Origin: an uncultured delta proteobacterium
Lineage (GTDB): Bacteria; Myxococcota; Myxococcia; SLRQ01
DNA: 64,000 nucleotides
Direction: 5' to 3'
Assembly: GCA_963727485.1 (NCBI GenBank)
Contig: CAVSGM010000003.1
Location: forward strand, 320,001-384,000
Of the stretch, positions 53,086 to 64,000 are shown piece by piece (the first letter of the stretch is position 1; each line of letters begins with the position of its first letter). The position numbers and the translations under genes are program-made. The notes under the pieces were generated by a model. That model was not told where the DNA came from. It searched no databases and saw only the letters and a list, made by a program, of their open reading frames with translations.

Positions 53086-53771
53086 GGCTCCTCCAGTCCG
53101 GCCTCCTCCGCGAGGAGGTGCAGCTCATCGACCCGCGCACGGGAGCGGGCGATGGCCAGACGGGCGTAGTACAGGGCGAGGAAGATCAGCAGGAAGGCAA
53201 GGGCACAGACCACCAGCGCCTCGCCCATGCCGGGCGCGAGGCCGTTCTTCTCGGTGGTGATCCTGGGCGGGTGGGTGCCCCGCCAGATGTCCACCGCGAA
53301 GTAGATGAGGGGCACCTGCACCACCCCGAAGATGGCGATGCCCGCCGAGAGGGACCGGGCGCTGGTGCCGCCGAAGGCCCGGACCAACAGGTAGGCGAAG
53401 AGCACCATCTCCAGGAGCAGGGTCATGGTGAGGCGCACGTCCCAGACCCAGGGGTGGCCCCAGGCCTTCCAGGCCCACAGGGGCCCGGTCACCAGGACCA
53501 TCACCCCGAAGAGGGCGGCGAGCTCGCCGGCGGCGCCGGCGGCGCGGTCGGCGCTCTCCTTGTGGCCCACCAGGAACACGATGCTCGCCACCGCGCAGAT
53601 GATGACGGCGATGAACATCACCCAGGCCGCGGGCACGTGGTAGTAGAAGATCTTCTGCACGAAGCCCATCTTCATCTCGAGCGGCGCCACGTAGAACGCG
53701 AGATACGTGCCCCAGATGAGCAGGCCGAGGCCAGCGAGGATGGTGACGAGGAAGAGTGCTTGCTTCTTCAT
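53082..53771 (-). CDS. ccmC: Heme exporter protein C
   Basis: YYHVP, WWD motif WAWKAWGHPWVWDVRLT, RGTHP. Confidence 0.93.
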   Translation of the reverse strand: MKKQALFLVTILAGLGLLIWGTYLAFYVAPLEMKMGFVQKIFYYHVPAAWVMFIAVIICAVASIVFLVGHKESADRAAGAAGELAALFGVMVLVTGPLWAWKAWGHPWVWDVRLTMTLLLEMVLFAYLLVRAFGGTSARSLSAGIAIFGVVQVPLIYFAVDIWRGTHPPRITTEKNGLAPGMGEALVVCALAFLLIFLALYYARLAIARSRARVDELHLLAEEAGLEEP

Positions 53772-53779
53772 GGCCGGTC

Positions 53780-54610
53780 CTAGTCCAGGGTGATCAGCCG
53801 CTCGAAGGTCCAGAGGCTCACCACCAGCATCACCAGGTCGAACACGGCGAGGAGGGCGGTGAAGAAGTGGAGCTGGGTGAGGTTGGGGTGGTCGGCGAAG
53901 ACCTGGCTGGTGCCCATGACCCCGGAGATGAACAGGGGCATGAGCAGGGGGTAGAGGACGATGAACAGGAGCAGGTCCCGGGCGCGGCTCTTGGCCATCA
54001 GCGCTCCGAAGAACCCGCCGACGATGCTGAAGCCGGCGAGCCCCAACGCCACCAGGCCCACCACCCGGCCGTGCATCGCCAGGATGTCCACCTGGAAGAG
54101 CACGCCCACCAGCGGCACGATGAACACGCTGGTCACCGCGAGGAACACGAAGATCCCGACGACCTTGCCGAGGTAGATCCCCGGGCGGCTCGCCGGCGAG
54201 AGCAAGAGCGCGCGCAGGCCGTCGGCCTCGCGCTCCCGGTCCCAGGCCCGGGAGAGCCCCAGGGTGCCGGCAAACGCCAGCGCCACCCAGAGGATCCCGG
54301 CGGCGACGTCGGGGAGCGGCGCCCCGCCCCGCACGAAGGCAAAGGCGAAGACCAGCACCACCAGCACCGCGAAGAGCAGCATCGAGAGCAGCACCTCGCC
54401 GCTGCGCAGCTCGGCGAGCAGGTCCTTGCGGAGGATCGCCGCCGCCTGGCGGATCATCTCGATCACGCCGCCGGCTCCTGGGTTCGAAGGGCGCTCATCG
54501 GAAGCCCCTCCGGGTACCACGGTCGGGCCCGCCGGCGAAGCCTCACGGGCGACCAGGTCGTCGGGATCCGGGTCCCGGGCCGCCGGGGCCACCTGCTCGA
54601 GGCGGGTCAT
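53780..54610 (-). CDS. ccmB: Heme exporter protein B
   Basis: KDLLAELRS, GILWVA, REREADGLRALLLSP, YLGK; ATGA overlap with ccmA. Confidence 0.92.
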   Translation of the reverse strand: MTRLEQVAPAARDPDPDDLVAREASPAGPTVVPGGASDERPSNPGAGGVIEMIRQAAAILRKDLLAELRSGEVLLSMLLFAVLVVLVFAFAFVRGGAPLPDVAAGILWVALAFAGTLGLSRAWDREREADGLRALLLSPASRPGIYLGKVVGIFVFLAVTSVFIVPLVGVLFQVDILAMHGRVVGLVALGLAGFSIVGGFFGALMAKSRARDLLLFIVLYPLLMPLFISGVMGTSQVFADHPNLTQLHFFTALLAVFDLVMLVVSLWTFERLITLD

Positions 54611-55341
54611 CGGGCCCTCGCCCGGGCGGCCACCTGGGCGGTGTGGGTGCGGTAGAGCTCCCCGAGCTCGGGGCCGTCGACGGCCTCCTCCACCAGGTGC
54701 GAGACCCGGCCCCGGGCGAGGATGGCGGTGCGATCCGCGAGCCGCGCGGCGCCGTCGAGGTCGTGGGTCACCAGGACCACGATGCGGCCGCGGCCCCGGG
54801 CCTCCCGGAGGATCTCCATCAGCCGCGCCGAGGCGTCCCGGTCGAGGCCGGTGAACGGCTCGTCGAGGAGGAGCAGCCGTGGGTCCGGGAGGAGCGCCCG
54901 GGCCAGGGCCAGGCGCTGGAGCATCCCCCGGCTGTAGGTGGAGGCGGCGCGCTGCCAGGCGGGCTCGGCGAGGCCCACCCGCTCCAGCACCGCCGCCGCC
55001 CGCTCGGGGAGCTGGTCGAGGCCGTAGAGGCGCCCGAAGAAGTGGAGGTTCTCCAGGGCCGAGAGCTGCGGGTAGACCAGCGCCGCGTGGCTGACCAGGC
55101 CGATCTCGCCCCGGAGCGAGGTGGCGGCCTCGTCGTGCCCCGCCTCGCCGTAGCGCACCTCGCCCGCCGAGGGCCGCAGGAGCGTGGAGAGGATCGAGAG
55201 CAGGGTGGTCTTCCCGGCGCCGTTGGCCCCGAGGAGCGCGGTCACCTCGCCCACCCGGAAGGTCAGGTCCACGCCCGCGAGCGCCCGGGTCCGGCCGTAG
55301 ACCTTGGTGACACCCCGGCAGACGACGGTGTCGAAGCCCAT
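54607..55341 (-). CDS. ccmA: Heme exporter ATP-binding protein
   Basis: GANGAGKT, YSRGMLQR, LLDEPFTGLD; ccm context. Confidence 0.92.
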   Translation of the reverse strand: MGFDTVVCRGVTKVYGRTRALAGVDLTFRVGEVTALLGANGAGKTTLLSILSTLLRPSAGEVRYGEAGHDEAATSLRGEIGLVSHAALVYPQLSALENLHFFGRLYGLDQLPERAAAVLERVGLAEPAWQRAASTYSRGMLQRLALARALLPDPRLLLLDEPFTGLDRDASARLMEILREARGRGRIVVLVTHDLDGAARLADRTAILARGRVSHLVEEAVDGPELGELYRTHTAQVAARARAR

Positions 55342-55347
55342 GGTGAC

Positions 55348-56487
55348 CTATCGCTCCAGACTGCGCAGGACGTTGGCGAGGCGATCGAGGATCTCCTGGC
55401 GATCCTCCCGGTAGTCGTCGTCGCCGACGCTGCCGTCCTTCTTGTCACGCTCGAGCTGCTCGAGGTCGGCGAGGAGCTCGTCGCGCTCGGCCTCGAGGCT
55501 GGCCTTGAAGGCCCGGTCCTGGCTGCGCTCCTTGCCGCCACCGAGCGCCATCACGAAGCCCATCAGCACCAGGAACCCGGCGAGCCCCGCGGCGACCCAC
55601 CGGCTCCGGTAGGTGCGGTGGGGCAGCCCGTCGAGGGTGAAGGCGATCTTTCCGCCGTTGGTGGACAGCTGCACCGCCCGGAACTGCCGCCCCTCGCTGG
55701 AGCGGGTGTCCTGGCCCATGACCGCCGGTCCGGTGACCTTGAGGTCCTTGGCGTCCTCGATGATCGCCTGGGTGGTGCCCATCTTGATCTTGAGGGGCTG
55801 ATCGTAGGCGAGGTGGTGGCCGGCGTGGGGCACCTTGAAGGTGACCACCACCTGGGTGCGGCCGGGCAGAAACGGCCCCGGGGCCCGGGCGCCCACGCCG
55901 TCGACGGTGTAGACGGGCTTCCCATTGACGCCGTTGACGTCATAGAAGCCGGTCGGGAGCGGGATCACCAGGCCGCCCTTGGGGTCGTAGGTGTCCTGGG
56001 AGCCGTTGACCACCGAGAGGACCTCGGTGAAGTCGAGGTAGTCGTCGCCGAGCTCGGCCACCAGGTGGCTCTGGGGCCCGAACGACAGGTCGTCCAGGGT
56101 GGCGCCGCCGGCGGACTTCTCGAAGACCTTGAGGGTCAGGGCCAGGCCGAACTTGGGGCTCCCGGCGTAGCTTCCCTCGGGGCCCTTGTACTGCACGCCC
56201 TCGTAGGTGGTGTAGGCGGTGAGGACCAGGCCGGGCCGGAAGGGGATGTGGAAGGTGGCGACGCCCTGGGCGTCGGTCTTCTGCTCCCCGTAGCTCACCT
56301 CGCCGCCCCCCGGCGGCACGCCGATGACCTTGATGGTCTGGGCGGCCAGCGGCTTGCCGTCCTTGGAGACGTGGACCAGGACGGTGTCCTTGGGGATGGC
56401 GTCCTCGGCGGACGCGGTCAGCGGCACCAGGGCCACGAGCCCGAGGGCGAGGGCGGCGACGAGGCCGGAGCGGGTGAGCCGTCTCAT
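55348..56487 (-). CDS. Periplasmic beta-sandwich protein with C-terminal TM and short helical tail (ccm-associated)
   Basis: Signal peptide; TDAQGVATF prealbumin/carboxypeptidase-regulatory-like motif; tail LEQLERDKKDGSVGDDDY resembles the CcmI cytoplasmic segment. Confidence 0.7.
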   Translation of the reverse strand: MRRLTRSGLVAALALGLVALVPLTASAEDAIPKDTVLVHVSKDGKPLAAQTIKVIGVPPGGGEVSYGEQKTDAQGVATFHIPFRPGLVLTAYTTYEGVQYKGPEGSYAGSPKFGLALTLKVFEKSAGGATLDDLSFGPQSHLVAELGDDYLDFTEVLSVVNGSQDTYDPKGGLVIPLPTGFYDVNGVNGKPVYTVDGVGARAPGPFLPGRTQVVVTFKVPHAGHHLAYDQPLKIKMGTTQAIIEDAKDLKVTGPAVMGQDTRSSEGRQFRAVQLSTNGGKIAFTLDGLPHRTYRSRWVAAGLAGFLVLMGFVMALGGGKERSQDRAFKASLEAERDELLADLEQLERDKKDGSVGDDDYREDRQEILDRLANVLRSLER

Positions 56488-57437
56488 GCCTCCGCCTCCT
56501 CGAGCTTGGTCCCGCAGCGCTTGCAGAACCGGGCGTCGGCCTCGTTCTCGGTCTCGCAGGAGGGGCAGGTCCGGGGCACGGCGACCAGCCGCCGTCCGCA
56601 GCCCACGCAGAAGACCGCGTCGGGATCGTTGTCCCGGCCGCACCCGTCGCAGGTCAGGCCTTCAGGACCACTCGGCGCCTCGGCGGCCGCCGGCGCTTCG
56701 GCACCCGCGCCCCTCGGCGCCTCGGCGGCCGCTTCCTTCGCGCCCGCCGGCGCCGTCGCCTGCGACTGCGTCCCGTTCTCCGCGGCCGCGTCCCGAGCCA
56801 TCCGCTTGTCCTCTTGCCCGGGATCACCCGGCGCCCTGGCCGCCGCCTCGGCGTCCTGCTGCTTCTTCTGCTTCTTCGGCGCCTCCGCCTCCAGCACCTT
56901 GGCCACGTCGCGCTTCCGGCGCAGCCCCGGCACCGGCGAGAGGGTCAGCCCGGCCTTCGCCAGGTGCCCCTTGGCCACCTCGGTGGCCTTCTTCTCCCAG
57001 GCCCGCCGCTCGTCGTCGATGGCCTTGAGCACCCGCAGGGCCTCGGCCTCGTAGCGGTTCCGGAGGTCCCGGTAGTCGCGGTCGTCGATCTTGTTCATGT
57101 CGTGGTCGAAGTCGATCTCCTTGATCGCCGCCAGGACCTGGACCTTCTCCTCCTCGAGGGCCGCGTGGGTCGGCATCTCCTCGAGGTAGGGGAAGCGTCG
57201 CTTCCCGCGCAGGGTCAGGATGATCTGGCCCACCAGGACGATGGCCACCGCCACCGCGGCTCCGCCGACCCCGAGCACCACCCGGGGCAGGGTGCCCGCG
57301 GTCTGGTCCCCGAAGCCGATGACGAAGGCGAAGCCGAGGGCAGCGGCGACGTAGACGGGGAACCAGCCGGACTTCTTTCGATGCAGGCCGACTCCCCCCT
57401 CCAGGGCTGGAAGGGTGTCGGACGCGATGTCGCTCAT
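56484..57437 (-). CDS. Membrane protein with CcmI-like helical segment and double zinc ribbon
   Basis: 2 TM; AIKEIDFDHDMNKIDDRDY; C-terminal CDGC..FCVGCG..CPSC..FCKRCG. Confidence 0.78.
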   Translation of the reverse strand: MSDIASDTLPALEGGVGLHRKKSGWFPVYVAAALGFAFVIGFGDQTAGTLPRVVLGVGGAAVAVAIVLVGQIILTLRGKRRFPYLEEMPTHAALEEEKVQVLAAIKEIDFDHDMNKIDDRDYRDLRNRYEAEALRVLKAIDDERRAWEKKATEVAKGHLAKAGLTLSPVPGLRRKRDVAKVLEAEAPKKQKKQQDAEAAARAPGDPGQEDKRMARDAAAENGTQSQATAPAGAKEAAAEAPRGAGAEAPAAAEAPSGPEGLTCDGCGRDNDPDAVFCVGCGRRLVAVPRTCPSCETENEADARFCKRCGTKLEEAEA

Positions 57438-57449
57438 GGTGCGCCTCGG

Positions 57450-59933
<2,484 letters not shown>

Positions 59934-59965
59934 CTGGGAGACTCCGAACTACCCGATGCCGGGCG

Positions 59966-60409
59966 TCAGCTGCCCGGGGAGGTCATCGGGATGTTCTCGG
60001 GATGGGTGAGACCTTCGGCCTTGGCCGCCTGGTACTTCGAGGGGCACTTGGCGATGACCTCGTTGGCGTCGAAGTAGCCCTGCTTCGTCATCTTCCCGGA
60101 GACGACGACGATCGCTCCGTCCTTGAAGGTGTCGGGCACGACGCCGGTGTAGTGGACCACCGCGGACTTGCCGTTGCGGGCCACGGTGAACTGGTACTGC
60201 ATGGTGCCGGGCTTGTTGAAGATCGAGCCCTTGACCACCTTGCCGCCCATCTTCAGGCGGGGACCGGTCCACTTGGCGAGGTGGGCTTCCACTTCGTCCA
60301 CCTGTTTGTAGTACTGCAGGTTGTCCCCGAGGCTGGCACCAACGAGATAGGCGAGACCGCCGCCAATGATGACGACGCTGGCGACGACCTTCAGGAGTTT
60401 CGGGAACAT
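59966..60409 (-). CDS. ccmE: Heme chaperone CcmE, CxxxY variant
   Basis: N-terminal TM, YTGVVPDTF, KCPSKY in place of KHDENY. Confidence 0.93.
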   Translation of the reverse strand: MFPKLLKVVASVVIIGGGLAYLVGASLGDNLQYYKQVDEVEAHLAKWTGPRLKMGGKVVKGSIFNKPGTMQYQFTVARNGKSAVVHYTGVVPDTFKDGAIVVVSGKMTKQGYFDANEVIAKCPSKYQAAKAEGLTHPENIPMTSPGS

Positions 60410-60415
60410 GTGGGC

Positions 60416-60445
60416 ATTCTCCCTTTGCGCAGTCGGGACGGTCAA
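60416..60445 (-). promoter_or_regulatory. Putative sigma70 promoter of the ccm operon
   Basis: TTGACC-18 bp-GAGAAT, 6 nt before ATG 60409. Confidence 0.5.
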
Positions 60446-60626
60446 GGCACCGGCGCCCTCGCAACCCTTAGGTCCGGTTGCATCTTCCGGCCGGGTGGAG
60501 GAATGTGCGCCATCGGCTGGGAATTGCCAGCAACAATCGTACCGGATCCGCCCCGGGGCACCCGGTGGCTGGACCGGGAGCCTGCCCGGAAGTGAAGATC
60601 GACGCAAGGAGACCGTCGTGGCCACC

Positions 60627-61643
60627 ATGCACCCCTCCCGAAGCCTCGCCCGCCTCGCCCTCCTCGCCTCCGTCCTGGCCCTCCCGGGCCTCGCCCGGGC
60701 CTCGGTGACCAGCGCCCAGATCTACGTGAAGACCCGGGACGCCAAGCGCCTCCAGGCGGCGGTCTCCGACTACCTCGGCGGGTGGATGAAGCACCCCGGG
60801 GCGATGAACGATCCGGTCTGGCTCCCAGGGGCCGGACGCCGCCTCATCGTGCTGCCGCCCCACCACGGGTGGGCAACCCTGATCGAGGGCAGTGATCGGG
60901 CCGCGGACCCCTCCCTGGCTGAAGCCCTGAGCAGGGCCCTGAAGACCCGTGTGGTGTGGCTGGAGGTGCTCGGGGACAGCCTCTCGTGGCGCTACGTGAT
61001 CCTCGAGAAGGGGAAGATCATCGGCACCCGGGCCGAGCCGGTGCCGGGGTTCGCGGCGAGCCCGGTCAAGGGGGCGATGCCCACCTACCACGACGTCGAG
61101 ACCCTCGCCTGGAGCCTCCTCTCCAAGGAGGGAATCCCGGCCGCCTACCGCTTCCTCCGGCAGGCCGACGTCCACGTCTCGAAGCACCCCAAGCAGGGGC
61201 CCCAGGCGACCATCTTCCGGGTGGTCGATCACGAGCAGAAGCTCCAGGCCGGGACCGGGCACTTCGGCTTCGCGCTCCCCGACCGGGGGAAAACCCCACC
61301 CGTGGTCATCGACACCTTCGTCCCCCAGAAGGGGATGCCGGCGCCGGGTCTCGGGGTCGATCTCCTGCGCCTCACCGGGGCCCCGACCCCTGAAAGACTT
61401 GCAAATCTTGCGCAAGTCCTGCGCGAAGTGCGCAAACGTTACAGCCTCGGGGGGAAGGTGCACTTCTGTCACCTGGTCTCCGGCCCCTACCAGGTGCCGG
61501 TCTACCAGGTCCTCGCCAAGGCGCCCGGGGACTGCCAGCCGGTCTACCGCCGCCTCCTCGGGCGGGCCCGGCAGGCGGCGGCGAAGGAGGCCAAGGCGGC
61601 GGCGGCGAAGCAGGGCCCGCAGCCGAAGAAGGCCAAGAAGTAG
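60627..61643 (+). CDS. Hypothetical secreted protein
   Basis: Signal peptide ending ARA; coding-like codon usage. Start may be GTG 60618 (AAGGAG RBS). Confidence 0.75.
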   Translation: MHPSRSLARLALLASVLALPGLARASVTSAQIYVKTRDAKRLQAAVSDYLGGWMKHPGAMNDPVWLPGAGRRLIVLPPHHGWATLIEGSDRAADPSLAEALSRALKTRVVWLEVLGDSLSWRYVILEKGKIIGTRAEPVPGFAASPVKGAMPTYHDVETLAWSLLSKEGIPAAYRFLRQADVHVSKHPKQGPQATIFRVVDHEQKLQAGTGHFGFALPDRGKTPPVVIDTFVPQKGMPAPGLGVDLLRLTGAPTPERLANLAQVLREVRKRYSLGGKVHFCHLVSGPYQVPVYQVLAKAPGDCQPVYRRLLGRARQAAAKEAKAAAAKQGPQPKKAKK

Positions 61644-61649
61644 CCCAAG

Positions 61650-61815
61650 CTACCAGAATCCCAGGGAAAGACTGGTGACGAGGTAGCTGGAGGCCACGTC
61701 GAAGGCGAAGCTCGCCCGCCAGCGGTAGCCCAGCAGCGCGAAGAGGTAGACGTCGATCCCGCCGGTGAGGTGGAGGCGCGGCCCCACCCCGGCGAAGCGC
61801 GAGGGCTCGAGGCGG
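61650..61815 (-). pseudogene. C-terminal relic of an outer-membrane beta-barrel protein
   Basis: LEPSRFAGVGPRLHLTGGIDVYLFALLGYRWRASFAFDVASSYLVTSLSLGFW*: alternating strands, terminal aromatic, no start codon. Confidence 0.5.
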
Positions 61816-61881
61816 AGCCCCCGAGGCGCAGGCCCCAGCGCAGGGCCTGCGCAACCTCCTGGCGGCCGGGCCGCTTGCGGG

Positions 61882-62763
61882 TCAGGGGGCGCCGGGGTCG
61901 TCGGGTCGGCGCTCGCCCCGGGCGGCGGCGAGCTCGGTCTCGAGGTGGTCGATGCGCCGGGTGAGGCGGGCGAGGGCCTCGGCCACCGGGTCCGGGAGGT
62001 CGGCGTGGGCGTGGTCGGCCAGCGCCGAGACCCGGCGGCCCTGCTCGTCGATGACCACCCGGCCCGGGACCCCGACCACCGTGGCGCCGGCGGGGACGTC
62101 GTGGATCACCACCGACCCCGAGCCCACCTTGGCCCCGTCGCCGAGGTGGATGCCTCCGAGGACCGAGGCGTTGGAGCCCACCACCACGTTGCGGCCGAGG
62201 TGGGGGTGGCGGACGGTGCGCTCGAGGCTGGTGCCCCCGAGGACCACGCCCTTGTAGAGCAGGCAGCCGTCGCCCACGTAGGCGGTCTCGCCGATGACGA
62301 TGCCCATGCCGTGGTCGATGAACACCCCGCGGCCGAAGGTGGCGCCGGGGTGGATCTCGATGCCGGTGACGAAGCGGTTGGTCTCGGAGACCGTGCGGGC
62401 GGCCAGGGGGTGGCCCCGGCGGAAGAGGCCGTGGGCGAGGCGGTGGAGCCAGAGGGCGTGGACCCCCGGGTAGGTGAGGGCGACCTCGGCCCGGGAGCGC
62501 GCCGCCGGGTCGTTGTGCATCGCCGCGTCGAGGTCCTCGACCACGGTGGCGAGGCCCCGGCGCACCCGGCCGACGAGGCCGCCCCGGGCGGGGGGCGCCT
62601 CGCCCTTGGCGTCGGTGCACCTCGGGCAGGGGACCGGGCCCTCGTCGCGGGCCTTCTGGGCCACCGGGTCCGGGGGGACGGCGGCGCCGGGGTGGTCGCC
62701 GTCGCCGGTGATCTCCCTCCAGCCGTCGGAGGTGTGGAACGCGTGTCGCCTGGGGGTCGCCAT
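61882..62763 (-). CDS. cysE: Serine O-acetyltransferase with N-terminal extension
   Basis: DPAARS, YPGVHA, TGIEIHPGA, FIDHGMGIVIGET, RHPHLG hexapeptide repeats, LPDPV. Confidence 0.93.
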   Translation of the reverse strand: MATPRRHAFHTSDGWREITGDGDHPGAAVPPDPVAQKARDEGPVPCPRCTDAKGEAPPARGGLVGRVRRGLATVVEDLDAAMHNDPAARSRAEVALTYPGVHALWLHRLAHGLFRRGHPLAARTVSETNRFVTGIEIHPGATFGRGVFIDHGMGIVIGETAYVGDGCLLYKGVVLGGTSLERTVRHPHLGRNVVVGSNASVLGGIHLGDGAKVGSGSVVIHDVPAGATVVGVPGRVVIDEQGRRVSALADHAHADLPDPVAEALARLTRRIDHLETELAAARGERRPDDPGAP

Positions 62764-62840
62764 GGTGCGCCCCAGGATAGGGCACGGGCGGGGCCGCGTG
62801 CTAGAAGGGGACCGGGCCCCAGGGCCCGAAAGAGGTGCAG

Positions 62841-63937
62841 ATGCCCGCGACCGACGACAGCGCGGCCCCCGGGCCCACGGCCCGGGCCGTCGTCGCCCGG
62901 GACACGGCCACGGTCAAGCGCCTGGCGGTGGAGGCCGGCTTCGACCTGGTGGGCGTCGCCCGCTACGCGCCCCTCGATCCCGCGGCCCTCGACCGGTGGC
63001 TCTCCCGGGGGATGCACGGGCGGATGGCGTGGATGGCCGAGGGCCGGGACGCCCGGGTGGATCCGGCGGTGCTCCTCCCGGAGGTGCGCTCGGTCGTCGC
63101 CCTGGCCGCCAACTACTGGCACCCCGGGGACACCCGGCTGCCCGGGGGCGGGCGGGTGTCGCGCTACGCCTGGGGACGCGACTACCACAAGGAGCTCGGG
63201 GGCGCCTCTCGCGCCTGCGCCGGCGTCTCGCCGTCGAGTACCCCGGGCTCGAGCACTGGGGTGGCACCGACCCGGTGCCCATCAAGGAGAAGGTGTGGGC
63301 CGAGCGGGCGGGGCTCGGGTGGATTGGCAAGAGCGGCAACCTGGTGACCCGGCGCTTCGGCACCTGGGTGCTCCTGGCGGCGCTGCTCGTGGACCTCGAG
63401 CTCGAGCCCGACGCCCCCCACGCCGATCACTGCGGCTCGTGCACCGCCTGCCTCGACGCCTGCCCCACCGGCGCCATCGTCTCCCCGGGGGTGGTCGACG
63501 CCAGGCGGTGCCTCTCGTACCACTCCATCGAGCACCGGGAGGCCTGGCCCGACGAGGTCGCCGAGCGGGCCGGCGGGTGGATGTACGGCTGCGACGTGTG
63601 CCAGGACGTGTGCCCCTGGTCGGTGAAGTTCGCCGAGCCCGGGCGCCTGGCGGCCTTCGCCCCGAGGCCCGAGGTGACGACCCGGCGCCTCGCCGGGTGG
63701 ATTCCGCCTGGGGGCCGAGGCGTGGTCGGCGGCCACCGCCGGGAGCGCCCTGCGCCGGCCGGGGCACGCGGGCCTGGTGCGCGACGCCTGCGCCGCCGCC
63801 GGCACCGCGCCCGCCGACGCCGACCTCGACGCGGCGCTGGCGAGCCGGGTGGACGACCCGGATCCGCGGTGCGGCGGATGGCGCGCTGGGCCCTCGGCCG
63901 GCGGCGCGGCGAGGGCGACGACGGCGCTACCAGGTGA
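62841..63937 (+). CDS. queG: Epoxyqueuosine reductase; frameshifts at ~63200, ~63702 and ~63877
   Basis: SRYAWGRDYH, EKVWAERAGLGWIGK, CGSCTACLDACPT, DARRCLSY, GCDVCQDVCPW. Confidence 0.92.
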
Positions 63938-63998
63938 CCTCGTAGAGGCAGCGCCCGTACCCGTGGAACCGGCACTCGAGGTGCTCGACCCGGGCGCT
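63927..63998 (-). CDS. C-terminal end of a V4R/TIGR02265(DUF2378)-like protein (truncated by window edge)
   Basis: SARVEHLECRFHGYGRCLYEVTW*. Confidence 0.5.
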   Translation of the reverse strand, partial: SARVEHLECRFHGYGRCLYEVTW

Positions 63999-64000
63999 CT

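Noticed and set aside
61645..61880. Structured ncRNA in this gap
   Set aside because: Better explained as a minus-strand coding relic; no tRNA, tmRNA or SRP hallmarks.

Overview
Very GC-rich, gene-dense bacterial chromosome segment, most likely from a Myxococcota/deltaproteobacterial genome. This is an inference from the eukaryotic-type Ser/Thr kinases, multi-module hybrid His kinases, Gly-rich secreted lipoproteins and the Cys-type CcmE cytochrome c maturation operon. About 50 genes can be supported; most of the long ORFs in the track are GC shadow frames. Contents: moeB-like 3' end, an ATPase-TPR-wHTH regulator facing two tandem Ser/Thr kinases, GntR, PilZ, an orphan alpha-class N6-adenine methyltransferase, acyl-CoA synthetase, a run of secreted lipoproteins (GH5, PGRS-like, InlB/CBM20-like), a diheme cytochrome c, class II ribonucleotide reductase nrdJ with tandem NrdR boxes, an SDR/Omp85-propeller-peptidase/ABC1-kinase operon, hybrid kinases, a MauG/CcP-family diheme enzyme, several oxidoreductases, a ccm operon with a CcmF-CcmH fusion, cysE and queG. 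I found no rRNA, tRNA, CRISPR array or mobile element. Best leads: (1) the MauG-family enzyme has His where MauG has its Tyr heme ligand and sits head-to-head with an unknown Trp-rich lipoprotein; (2) about 13 frameshifts break conserved genes, six are exactly GATC->GATTC and several more lie next to GATC, which looks like a long-read error footprint of GATC methylation; (3) a variant ccm system (CxxxY CcmE, CcmF fused to a Cys-rich CcmH, two extra genes); (4) many apparently leaderless promoters. All family assignments come from motif recognition by eye, not database searches.
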